64,000 nucleotides of DNA from a bacterium. Lineage in GTDB: Bacteria; Bacillota_I; Bacilli_A; RFN20; CAG-826. Positions 1 to 9,348 of this stretch are shown piece after piece. The DNA is taken from positions 8,445 through 72,444 of the forward strand of contig JAQXNS010000077.1 in assembly GCA_029098125.1 (NCBI GenBank). The letters run 5' to 3'. Both the position numbers and the translations under genes were made by a program. The notes below the pieces were generated by a model. That model did not search any database. It had not been told where the DNA came from and was given only the letters and a program-made list of their open reading frames with translations. Numbering within the stretch: the first letter of the stretch is position 1; every line of letters starts with the position of its first letter.

Positions 1-1832
1 TCGTGTGCTTTAATTAATGCTTTGTCAAATTCTATTAATTCTCTTTTTGGATTATATATTTCATGATTTGGTTTAGAAATATAGATTTGAATTACTTCTT
101 TTCCATCAATTTCTGAATCATTTGTTACATCAAAAGATAATTTTAGTTGATAATTAGATTCTTTATTAAAGTTTGAATTATCAACAGAAAAATTAGAATA
201 TTTAAAATTTGAATAACTTAAACCGTATCCAAAATCAAACAAAGTTTCTTCATTTTTTGAGACATAATATCTATAACCAACAAAAATTGAGTCTTTATAT
301 AAAGAATTTGATTCGCGAGTTGGCGCAAAATCAATGTTTGGGCATTGATCTAATGAACTAATAAAAGTTTCTGAAAGTCTTCCACTTGGATTCACTTTAC
401 CAAATAATATGTCGTTAATTGATTCAGATGTCCCTTCACCGCCAAGATATGCTTCAAGAATTGCTTTTGATTCATTTTTAAATGGCATCGAAATAACCGA
501 GCCATTTTGAAGAACAACACAAATATTTTTATTAACCTTAAAAATTTCATTAAAAAGAGTAATTTGATTAAGAGGCAAATCAATTGATGTTCTATCAATT
601 CCTTCACATTCATGACTTTCACTTAAACCTAAGAATAAAACGACTTTTTCTGAATTTTTTGCAATTTGAATAGCTTCCATTAATAAATTATTGTTAGTTT
701 CATCAATATTTTGATCAAAACCACGAGCAAATTTTACGTTTATTCCTTTATTTTTCAAATCATCGATTGAATTTGTTACTTTATATGGAGTAACTGCAGA
801 ACTACCTCCACCTCTATATCGTGGATTGATTGCAAAATCACCAATATAAGCAATATTTTCATCTTTGTTTAAAGGCAAAAAATTGTCGTTTTTTAGCAAA
901 ATCATCGATTCAGATGCGATTTCTACTGCTTTTTGATGATATTTTTCATAATCAAAAGGAACAGTAGAATTTTTTTGATACTTCTTAATTGTGGAAATTA
1001 CTTGATCAACACGTTTATCTAAAATATTTTCTAACTCTTTATTTTTACTTGCTTGTTTTTTAAATTTTTTAAGGTTGCTTTTAGAACTAAAAGGCATTTC
1101 AACATTTAAACCAGCTCTGATTGATGAAGTTAAATCATTAACTGCGCCCCAATCTGAAATAACTATACCTTTATAATTCCATCTTTTTCTTAAGACATCT
1201 GTGAGTAAAAATTCATTTTCGGATGCATATTTACCATTAACAAGATTATATGAACTCATTATTGTTGCTACATTGCTTTCTTTAACTGCAATTTCAAAAC
1301 CTTTAGTATAAATTTCAAAAAAAGCTCTAGAATCAACTACACTATTTGATTTTAATCTTAAAGTTTCTTGATTATTGAAAGCAAAATGCTTTAATGAACA
1401 ACCAACATTTTGATTATCAAGTCCTTTAATAAATGCACTAGCAAGTTTTCCACTTAAAAGTGGATCTTCAGAAATGTATTCAAAGTTCCTACCACAAAGA
1501 GGACTTCTTTTAATATTGATACCAGGACCTAAAAGAATGTGAATTCCTTTATTTCTTGCTTCAATACCTAAACTATTTCCAAGTTCAAAAAGAAGATTTT
1601 TATCAAAAGAACATCCAGTTAATGAACTTGCTGGATAGCAAATTGAAGTTTTTCCTTTTTTAAAAACTGAGGTATCCTTAATTTCTTCTCTAATTCCATA
1701 AGGTCCATCAGTAAGATGAATTTCGTTTAATCCTTCATTTTTTACACCATGAAACCACCATGAATCCTTCCCAGAAATTAATGAGATTTTTTGTTCAAGC
1801 GAGAGTCTTTCAATTATTTCTTTGTTTTCCAT
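1..1832 (-). CDS. Glycoside hydrolase family 3 beta-glucosidase (5' complete, 3' end beyond window)
   Basis: Absent from the ORF track because it runs off the edge. Manual reverse translation from the ATG at 1830-1832 gives MENKEIIERLSLEQKISLISGKDSWWFHG... The frame stays open to position 1. GH3 hallmarks seen: KHFAFNNQE, VISDWGA, FGKVNPSGRLSETF, FGYGLSY. Confidence 0.85.
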   Translation of the reverse strand, partial: MENKEIIERLSLEQKISLISGKDSWWFHGVKNEGLNEIHLTDGPYGIREEIKDTSVFKKGKTSICYPASSLTGCSFDKNLLFELGNSLGIEARNKGIHILLGPGINIKRSPLCGRNFEYISEDPLLSGKLASAFIKGLDNQNVGCSLKHFAFNNQETLRLKSNSVVDSRAFFEIYTKGFEIAVKESNVATIMSSYNLVNGKYASENEFLLTDVLRKRWNYKGIVISDWGAVNDLTSSIRAGLNVEMPFSSKSNLKKFKKQASKNKELENILDKRVDQVISTIKKYQKNSTVPFDYEKYHQKAVEIASESMILLKNDNFLPLNKDENIAYIGDFAINPRYRGGGSSAVTPYKVTNSIDDLKNKGINVKFARGFDQNIDETNNNLLMEAIQIAKNSEKVVLFLGLSESHECEGIDRTSIDLPLNQITLFNEIFKVNKNICVVLQNGSVISMPFKNESKAILEAYLGGEGTSESINDILFGKVNPSGRLSETFISSLDQCPNIDFAPTRESNSLYKDSIFVGYRYYVSKNEETLFDFGYGLSYSNFKYSNFSVDNSNFNKESNYQLKLSFDVTNDSEIDGKEVIQIYISKPNHEIYNPKRELIEFDKALIKAH

Positions 1833-2167
1833 AAATACACAACATTTGTTAAAACTAATATAATTTTTGGGGCTTCTTTTATGAAAAAATCATACATGAA
1901 TTCCATATCGATATTATCGTCAAAAAATACATTTTGTTGGAGTTCTGCAGGTTTTTTGAGAATTTCAACACTAATTTGAGAAGAATATTCATTAATTTTT
2001 ATTGCTAATCTTGTAGCAATTTCACTAATCATTTCAACAACAAAACAGGTCGCATCAAAGGCCATTTCATCATGAATAAAGTCATCAAAGGAACGATTGT
2101 TAATATATTTTGTTCCTTTAATTAACCAGCGTCTTAATCCAAAAATTAGTTCTTGCTCTTCGTTCAT
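1814..2167 (-). CDS. Small hypothetical protein, weak DUF86/HepT-like pattern lacking the Rx4HxY motif
   Basis: 117-aa ORF, overlapped ATGA with the HAD gene and 19 nt with the GH3 start (operon packing). SFDDFIHDEMAFDATCFVVEMISEIATRL resembles the DUF86 core. The expected RN...H.Y position reads QQNVFFDD and coincides with a copy of the dispersed repeat. Confidence 0.45.
   Translation of the reverse strand: MNEEQELIFGLRRWLIKGTKYINNRSFDDFIHDEMAFDATCFVVEMISEIATRLAIKINEYSSQISVEILKKPAELQQNVFFDDNIDMEFMYDFFIKEAPKIILVLTNVVYLWKTKK
1925..1963 (-). repeat. Dispersed 30-35 nt repeat, copy 7 (inside the 117-aa ORF)
   Basis: Minus strand reads ATTCTCAAAAAACCTGCAGAACTCCAACAAAATGTATTTTTT. Confidence 0.6.
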
Positions 2168-2796
2168 ATTAATTTAATTATATCTCTAAAATCATCAATG
2201 TAATAGTCAGGTTTTGATTCACTTATTAATTTTTTATCTCCATAACCATATGAAAGAATAATTGATGGCATGCCAATATTTCTTGCTGTATAAGTATCAA
2301 CATCGCTATCACCAACATAAATTCCATCTTTTGGATCTAGGTTTAATGAATTAAGAATCTTTCTAAGTAATGTTACATCAGGTTTAGGAGGATAATTTTT
2401 ATCTTGTCCTTGAATAAATTCCAATTTTATATCACTTAATTTATTGCTAACTAATTTTTGTAAAATCTCATTAGGCTTATTAGAAAAAATAATAATTTTT
2501 ATATCTTTTTTGTTTAATTCTTTTAAAACTTCGTGAACATGTGGATATAAACTAGAAACGTATTGATCTTTTTCATAATATTTTAAATATAATGAAAACT
2601 CATCCTCAGTAAAATCGCCTTGATACGAAAGATAAAATAATCTTCTTGCGCCATGTCCTATAAATGATGCAATTTCACTTTTAGTATAATCTGATTTTTT
2701 GTTTAAAACTGAAAGAGTATCATTTACGGATTTTGTGATTCCTTCAAGAGTATCAATTAATGTTCCATCTAAATCAAAAACTACAAATTTTTTCAT
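2164..2796 (-). CDS. HAD-superfamily hydrolase (phosphoglycolate phosphatase-like)
   Basis: N-terminal FDLDGTLIDT (DxDGT motif I), SNK motif and C-terminal GDSDVD motif typical of HAD subfamily IA. Confidence 0.8.
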   Translation of the reverse strand: MKKFVVFDLDGTLIDTLEGITKSVNDTLSVLNKKSDYTKSEIASFIGHGARRLFYLSYQGDFTEDEFSLYLKYYEKDQYVSSLYPHVHEVLKELNKKDIKIIIFSNKPNEILQKLVSNKLSDIKLEFIQGQDKNYPPKPDVTLLRKILNSLNLDPKDGIYVGDSDVDTYTARNIGMPSIILSYGYGDKKLISESKPDYYIDDFRDIIKLI

Positions 2797-2799
2797 AAA

Positions 2800-5688
2800 T
2801 TAACCAAAAATTGGGAAATTAATTGTTTTTCTTTCTTCTTGTGAGCTCGTTCCATATTTCTTAACAATATTTAAGTTCACTTGTAAGAAATAATATGTAT
2901 CTCCAATTCCATCAATAGAAGGTATGTAATCAATTGTTGAGTATCTAAATCCTTTTACATAATTTTCATCTTTTGAACCATCACTTGATAAAATATTTAA
3001 ATATACATTTGATCCAGCGCCACTTACTTCATATTCAAATGTTAATTCACATAATGTATTTGAACCATCAACTACTGTTAATTTACCTGTATTGTTTTCA
3101 TTGAAACTTAAGGCGTATTCTGGTTTTACAACACCATTACCCCAGTTAACTTCAGGACCACCAACTGTTGTAAGTGTTTTATTTTTAATGATTTCATTGA
3201 TGTTTGTTGCGTTAATATCATGATGTGTATTAAATACAACTGGACGATAATTATTTTTAGATCCAACTTGAGAAGTACTATCGCTAATATCACAATATTC
3301 TAAATATGGTTTAACAAAAGTAAATTCACTATCAAATTTAATATCACCATCTTTTACGCCAATAAAGTAAGTACAATTTTCAAATCTAACTTCTTCATCA
3401 ACTAAAATATGACCTTTTTCAATATGATATTTAATTGTGTCTTTTTTAACAGTACCGTAAAGATCTTCACTAATCGAAATTTCTGTATCGTTAACAAATT
3501 CAATTAAAAACATATTTGATCCAGAATATTTTACATATTTTTTACCAACAATATTGTCTTTGATATATTGAACAGAATATGGTTCTTTTACTTCAATTTT
3601 ATATGTTCTTGAACTTTCAACAACAGTTGAACCTTTAGTTAAAACAACTTTATATTCATAAACACCAACTTGATTTCCTTTAATTGCATATCCATAAAGA
3701 CCATCAATGTTATTGCTTTCATATTGATATAAAGAAATTCCGTTTAAGTTTCCATTTGATGCATTCACAACTTTAATTGAGTAAGTTACACCATCAGTAA
3801 CATCGCTTGGCGCATTATTTATATAGAAATAATTGCTATAGTCACCTTCGAAAGTTGATTCAACGAAGCCTTCTTCTGTGTTATATGTTCCATCATTGAT
3901 ATAAACATCACTAATTCCAGCTTCAGTAAATTGAACTCTAATTGTTTCTTTATAACCTCTACTTGTTTCAAAAGTAAATGAAGCAGTTCCTGCTTTATAA
4001 TTCGTTCCATTAGCATCACTTTTAGCAGTAATTGAGAAAGAGCCATCTGAACCTTGAGATGGGTTTGGAATAGAATCAGGATTTGATGAAACTGCTTTTA
4101 TGTGATCAATTTGAGATGTTGCAAATTTATTAGTTGATGATAAATCTAAAACTAAAGTTCTATCGTAACTTAAAGTGTAGGTTTTTGTTGTTGAATCATA
4201 TGAATCATAACCAAATTTTTTGAGATTAACATCGCTTTCATCATACTTGCCATAACGTGATTTTACAGTTAAATCAGTAAAGTAAAAATCTTCAAAATCA
4301 AAGTAATATGAAGCACTTTCATCAACACTTTCTTTTTCACCAAATGTAATATTATCAGCTGCTTCAACAATTGAATATTGGAAATTTAATGCGGATTCTG
4401 CAAGGTTTTTGACATTTTCTTCAAATTTATAGCTACTTAAAACCTTAGTTTCAGCATCAAAGTTCAATGTTAATTTTAAGTTTGCAGTTGCATATCTTTC
4501 GCTATCAGTAAAAGAAGAAGTAATTAAAATTTCATCATTATTGAAAATATATTTTGCATTAGCTTTTGCAACATAATTTCCTAAACCATAAAATTTTCCG
4601 TCAATCAATTCAGCACTTTGAAAAAATCTATTTTTAATAATTAAGGAAATTCCATAAATGTATGAAGCATCATATTCAAAGATAAGATCATTACTCCTGT
4701 TTTCATTATGTTCTTCATTTACATAAAATTGAGAAATATTTGCTTTTCCATCTTCAAGAGTGTAATCAAAAGCATAATCATATCCATCATAAATACCATT
4801 AAATGAATAAGAAGTTTCATCAACATTATTAATTTTTACATAATTAGAATCAATAAATGAATAATATTCACGTGATGAAGTTTTAGAAGTATTTGTAATT
4901 TCATCAGTTATTGTTCTTGAAATTGTTGTATTTTTAAAAGAAGTTTTTTCTTTTTCAAGTGTATTAGCAAAAATTTCATTAACTGCCTCTTCGTTTTGAG
5001 CATTAACATCAACAATGTCAATAATTAACGTAGCGGTTCTATGATTTTGGTTTGCGTTTCCAAAATAAGCATTAACTTCTAAGATCAGGCCAGTTAATGC
5101 AACATTTGCGTAAAATTCGCCAGTATTTCTATTTAGTTCTAAAGCGCTTGCTGAACTTGGCAGACTGGACAAATTATTAAATTGATAAATTACAGAATCT
5201 GGTAATTTTGCATTTTCAGAGCTTAAAGAAATTCCAAATTTTAATCTAGAACCTAAATCGACAGTAATTTTGTTATCATTTCTTGTGTATTCGCCACTTT
5301 CTTTATCGATTGTAATAGAAATACTTTCTGGAATTTTTCCAATAACATTAATGTTAAACTCTCTAGTAAATTGAGTATTATTTTTAGCAGTAATTCTAAT
5401 CGTTGCAACACCTTGAGAAATACCTGTGATTCTACCACTTTCAGAAATTGTTGCAATCTCAGGATTAAGACTTTCAAAAAGTGCTGAATCATCGTCACTT
5501 CCTAAAATATCAACTTGAACTGTTGTTGATTCACCAATTTCAATAAAATCTGGACATACGTAATCGATTCCAGTTATAACATCAATTACAGCATCTTTGC
5601 CATTATCAACTGTGCAACTAGTTGTAACTAAACTAGTTAAAGATAAAACTAAACCTATCGATACAAATAAAAACTTCTTCTTTTTCAT
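2800..5688 (-). CDS. Large surface lipoprotein with N-terminal Big_2-like Ig domain
   Basis: Signal peptide MKKKKFLFVSIGLVLSLTSLVTTSC with lipobox Cys. ISESGRITGISQGVATIRITA matches the Big_2 pattern. GAGG Shine-Dalgarno upstream. Confidence 0.7.
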   Translation of the reverse strand: MKKKKFLFVSIGLVLSLTSLVTTSCTVDNGKDAVIDVITGIDYVCPDFIEIGESTTVQVDILGSDDDSALFESLNPEIATISESGRITGISQGVATIRITAKNNTQFTREFNINVIGKIPESISITIDKESGEYTRNDNKITVDLGSRLKFGISLSSENAKLPDSVIYQFNNLSSLPSSASALELNRNTGEFYANVALTGLILEVNAYFGNANQNHRTATLIIDIVDVNAQNEEAVNEIFANTLEKEKTSFKNTTISRTITDEITNTSKTSSREYYSFIDSNYVKINNVDETSYSFNGIYDGYDYAFDYTLEDGKANISQFYVNEEHNENRSNDLIFEYDASYIYGISLIIKNRFFQSAELIDGKFYGLGNYVAKANAKYIFNNDEILITSSFTDSERYATANLKLTLNFDAETKVLSSYKFEENVKNLAESALNFQYSIVEAADNITFGEKESVDESASYYFDFEDFYFTDLTVKSRYGKYDESDVNLKKFGYDSYDSTTKTYTLSYDRTLVLDLSSTNKFATSQIDHIKAVSSNPDSIPNPSQGSDGSFSITAKSDANGTNYKAGTASFTFETSRGYKETIRVQFTEAGISDVYINDGTYNTEEGFVESTFEGDYSNYFYINNAPSDVTDGVTYSIKVVNASNGNLNGISLYQYESNNIDGLYGYAIKGNQVGVYEYKVVLTKGSTVVESSRTYKIEVKEPYSVQYIKDNIVGKKYVKYSGSNMFLIEFVNDTEISISEDLYGTVKKDTIKYHIEKGHILVDEEVRFENCTYFIGVKDGDIKFDSEFTFVKPYLEYCDISDSTSQVGSKNNYRPVVFNTHHDINATNINEIIKNKTLTTVGGPEVNWGNGVVKPEYALSFNENNTGKLTVVDGSNTLCELTFEYEVSGAGSNVYLNILSSDGSKDENYVKGFRYSTIDYIPSIDGIGDTYYFLQVNLNIVKKYGTSSQEERKTINFPIFG

Positions 5689-5700
5689 AGTCGAAACCTC

Positions 5701-7668
5701 TTAATTTTTTAATGAATTCAAGTAATTTTCAAGTGTAGTATGTTTTGCGTTGCCAAAATTATAGAAAGTCATGATTTGATAACCTTCATATCCATTTTCA
5801 GCAACAGTGTAATTAATTCTTAAAGCGACTCTTTTATCATAAGGATCACTGCCATTAGAAATGTTAAATCCACAACTTGTTGGAATTGTTACATCTGCAT
5901 CTCCGCCAAAATATTCTAAAAATTTAGTTGCAGCACCTTGAACATTGAATTTCCAGAATGTTGTATTTGTACTTTGAGCAACAGAATAGTTTGAATAATC
6001 GTAAAGTGATTCTTCATAGCCTTTAAAATGAGAGATATAACCACAATCATCATCTTGACCCCAAAATTCACCAGTTCCAGGCATTTTCATGCCAAGTAAA
6101 GCATAGTCTTTTGTCGTATCAATTGTGACTTTTCCAGCGCTTGAAATTCTATAATCGATTAAAAATTCATAAATATGATCATCAATTTTTATATATCCAT
6201 AATTATTGGCTTTATTTCCAATAACTTCAGTAAAAACGTAGTTTTGTGTGTAATATCTATGAGCTAGACCATTTGAAGTCATAACATCAAACATATATTC
6301 ACCATTTTTAAATTCGTTCATTACTGATTCAAATTCAGCTTTATCTTCTTCTTTCGCTGCTTTTCCTTCGTTTAAAAGTCTAGATAAACCTTTAACATTT
6401 GTACAATTTAGGCCAGAATAACTAGCTTTTAATAGTCCAAGATCTGTTTTAGTTGTTTTATTTCTGACATTCATCGATAAAGTGAATTCTTTTTTTGCGT
6501 AATCATCTACATGAACTTGAATTTGATCAACGTAAGTTGAATCATTTATTTGGAAATTAAAAGTCATCGCTAAATAATAAATACATTCATCACTTGTGAT
6601 TACATAGTTATCATCATCAATTTTATATCCCGAAAACATGCTTAAATCCATGGCAGCAAATGGGAACATGATTTCACCAAAAATAGAAGAATAAAAATTA
6701 CCTTCACTATCAGTTGGTGTTGAAGAAATTTCAATTTTATCATCACCATTGAATAAGAATTTATGAACATACCCTAAATATTCAACGTATCCACCACTAT
6801 AATTACCACCAAGTGGAGAAATATAAGCTAAAACATTTTCGTCAAATTCATATTTTCCAACAAATTGTTTTAAATTTTCATCGCTGGCCTGTGAACCATC
6901 GATGGTGATTGAATAGTTATAATTTGTTAAATATGGGAAAACTAGTTTAGAAAATCTAGTGTCAAGAGGTTCAAGTGGCCCTTTTGTATCATCAGCTAAA
7001 AACTCTTCAACTTTTTGGTTTTCAGTTGAACCAATATCATTAACAATTATTGAATATGTATCTTTAATTGTTTCAGTATAAACTAAACCGACAACATCGC
7101 AAACAAGGCTGTCTCCAACTGCTTTCATTTTAAAAGAAGTTGGATAAATATGAGTATTTGCTGAAAATCCTAATAAAGTCATGAGAATAATTGTGTCATT
7201 TGTCTCATTTTGACCAAAGTTATAAGTAAAATATCCGTTTTCGTCAGCGACTAAACTAGCATCTTGTGCACTAAAATCTTCAAAACCAATGCGATAGTCA
7301 TAAAAAGATTCATATCTTAAACCAGTAGTATAACTAATTAAAGGTGCGCTTGGAACAATTTCGCCATTAGCATCGAAACTAAATTTAAATAAAGTATCAT
7401 TTTTTGACATGAAATTGTAATTATCAGCATCACCTGTGACCATTACATAATCTTCATTGTATTTATAAGTAACGTTTTGAGCTTGCCCTTCATTATTAGC
7501 AAGTCTTGAAGTTAAATTAACTGTAAAATTATTGTTTGTTAATTTATGTAAAACTTTTTGAACAGCATTAAAAGAAGAAGTATCAACTGAATTTTCATCA
7601 ACACTTGTTGAATTTGAACATGAAGTTAAAACAAAAAATAAAGATAATAAAGCAACAATTTTTTTCAT
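5701..7668 (-). CDS. Lipoprotein of unknown function (paralog of 7671-9338)
   Basis: MKKIVALLSLFFVLTSC lipobox. Shares YVFTEVIGNK and a C-terminal FYNFGNAKHTTLENYLN signature with the neighbouring gene. Confidence 0.7.
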   Translation of the reverse strand: MKKIVALLSLFFVLTSCSNSTSVDENSVDTSSFNAVQKVLHKLTNNNFTVNLTSRLANNEGQAQNVTYKYNEDYVMVTGDADNYNFMSKNDTLFKFSFDANGEIVPSAPLISYTTGLRYESFYDYRIGFEDFSAQDASLVADENGYFTYNFGQNETNDTIILMTLLGFSANTHIYPTSFKMKAVGDSLVCDVVGLVYTETIKDTYSIIVNDIGSTENQKVEEFLADDTKGPLEPLDTRFSKLVFPYLTNYNYSITIDGSQASDENLKQFVGKYEFDENVLAYISPLGGNYSGGYVEYLGYVHKFLFNGDDKIEISSTPTDSEGNFYSSIFGEIMFPFAAMDLSMFSGYKIDDDNYVITSDECIYYLAMTFNFQINDSTYVDQIQVHVDDYAKKEFTLSMNVRNKTTKTDLGLLKASYSGLNCTNVKGLSRLLNEGKAAKEEDKAEFESVMNEFKNGEYMFDVMTSNGLAHRYYTQNYVFTEVIGNKANNYGYIKIDDHIYEFLIDYRISSAGKVTIDTTKDYALLGMKMPGTGEFWGQDDDCGYISHFKGYEESLYDYSNYSVAQSTNTTFWKFNVQGAATKFLEYFGGDADVTIPTSCGFNISNGSDPYDKRVALRINYTVAENGYEGYQIMTFYNFGNAKHTTLENYLNSLKN

Positions 7669-7670
7669 CT

Positions 7671-9338
7671 TTATGCTCCTTTAACTGTTTTATTATAAAA
7701 ATTTTCGACTTCTTCAACCTTAGTGCTGTTAAAGTTAGACATTTTATAATAAATTTCTTCTTGAGAATTAGACGCTCCATCGACAGAAACTAAAACTGTT
7801 AAACCAATTTCTGCCTCAACGATATTATTTGCTACATCTCTTTTTAATCTGAGATTAGCTTTTTTAACATAATTCATCCATGTCGTAGTTGCTTGGAAGC
7901 CCCAACCAAACATAGAATTAGCAAGTGCGCCAAGAACTGTCGTATTTGTAGTGTAAAATTCATCTTTCTTGCCAATTACTTCTTCGAAATAGTATTTTCC
8001 AACATAGGATAATGCGCTACTTGATAAATAAAAAGTTGCACTAGCATCATTAATATAGAAATCACCAACTGTATCATACCATTGAGAATAGAGGAAAAAT
8101 TTACCATTTCCACTTGAATCTACTCTCCATTCATAAACATTTGTGCCGCTTTCTTCTTCTACTATATATAAATATGAAGAATCGCCTTTTTCAGGTAAAG
8201 AATCTACTTTTAAATAATGTGTATCTTCAGTTTCAATTGGTCCCTTGAAGAAATCAAAATATAATTCACCTTTATCATTTTTTGAATACCCGTAGCAACT
8301 TTCGTAATTTAAAGTTTGAGTAATTGAACCTTTTTCTTCATCTACATAAGTTACTTCAGTTTTTTCAGGAATAAACATGAAACCCCAATCTGAATAAGAA
8401 GGATTTTTGTAATCTAAGTAAAAATAATCATTTGTGCATGAAATTTTATAACTAGATCTATCAATAACTTGTCCTTTTTCAATTGAATAGATGCCTTCAA
8501 GCGTATAATTGTTCATTAAAGATAAGTTAAAGAAGTTTTCAACACCTTCAAATGCTTCAACACCATCTAAAGTCCCATTAATAACGGCATCATTAACAAA
8601 ATCAATTGGTGTTGATGTTTCTTTTTTGAATGATGAAACAAATGTTCCAGAGGTGTTTTCTGAAAAATTTACATAAAGTGTTACTTTAAACTCAAAAGTT
8701 TCAAGATTAACAATGTCAACTTGAGCTTTTGAGATTTTTCCATACAAACTTGAACCATAATTTGTCATGTATTGGAAAATAGAAACTATATTATCATCTG
8801 TAATTACGTAGGAATTTCCACCTAAATTTGTTGCAAAATTGCTATTTTCATCAAAAACTGAATCTAAAAGATTGATGTGAGCAATAGTTAATGGCGAATA
8901 TAGTCCAGTAACTTTTTCTTCAAAATTGTTATTTCCTGTTTGCCATTCAAAAACAGAACCATATGCCTTATCATCTTTTATATAATATTTAAACATTTCT
9001 TTGTTTTTATTTTCAGCATAACCAAAGCTTCCATCAGGATTAGTTAGGCTTTCTTCGTACCAAGCATGAGGTGTGTAATAATCAATGTATTCGTCTTGTG
9101 CACCTGTTGCTTCAAGTTTTGTATGATATGAAAATCTAGTAGAATTTTTAACACCATTAAATAAAGTAATCAAATCATCAAGTCCAGATGTTTCGATTAA
9201 ATCATCTTTTTCATTAGCTTCACCACCACCATTTTCACTAGGTGAATTAATCATTCCATTATTATCAGTTACTTCTTGAGGTGAACATGAAAATAATAAA
9301 AATGATGATAAAGAAAATAATAAAAACTTATTTTTCAT
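7671..9338 (-). CDS. Lipoprotein of unknown function (paralog of 5701-7668)
   Basis: The track ORF begins at 9365, but the ATG at 9338 (MKNKFLLFSLSSFLLFSC) has a GAGG SD and lies after the upstream stop at 9349. Lipobox LFSC. Contains YYFEEVIGKK and MSNFNSTKVEEVENFYN, which resemble the neighbour. Confidence 0.7.
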   Translation of the reverse strand: MKNKFLLFSLSSFLLFSCSPQEVTDNNGMINSPSENGGGEANEKDDLIETSGLDDLITLFNGVKNSTRFSYHTKLEATGAQDEYIDYYTPHAWYEESLTNPDGSFGYAENKNKEMFKYYIKDDKAYGSVFEWQTGNNNFEEKVTGLYSPLTIAHINLLDSVFDENSNFATNLGGNSYVITDDNIVSIFQYMTNYGSSLYGKISKAQVDIVNLETFEFKVTLYVNFSENTSGTFVSSFKKETSTPIDFVNDAVINGTLDGVEAFEGVENFFNLSLMNNYTLEGIYSIEKGQVIDRSSYKISCTNDYFYLDYKNPSYSDWGFMFIPEKTEVTYVDEEKGSITQTLNYESCYGYSKNDKGELYFDFFKGPIETEDTHYLKVDSLPEKGDSSYLYIVEEESGTNVYEWRVDSSGNGKFFLYSQWYDTVGDFYINDASATFYLSSSALSYVGKYYFEEVIGKKDEFYTTNTTVLGALANSMFGWGFQATTTWMNYVKKANLRLKRDVANNIVEAEIGLTVLVSVDGASNSQEEIYYKMSNFNSTKVEEVENFYNKTVKGA

Positions 9339-9348
9339 CGTTAAAACC

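Noticed and set aside
392-622. 76-aa minus-strand ORF in the first 2 kb
   Set aside because: It is an alternative frame inside the GH3 beta-glucosidase gene, which reads through the whole region 1-1832 in another frame with clear family motifs.
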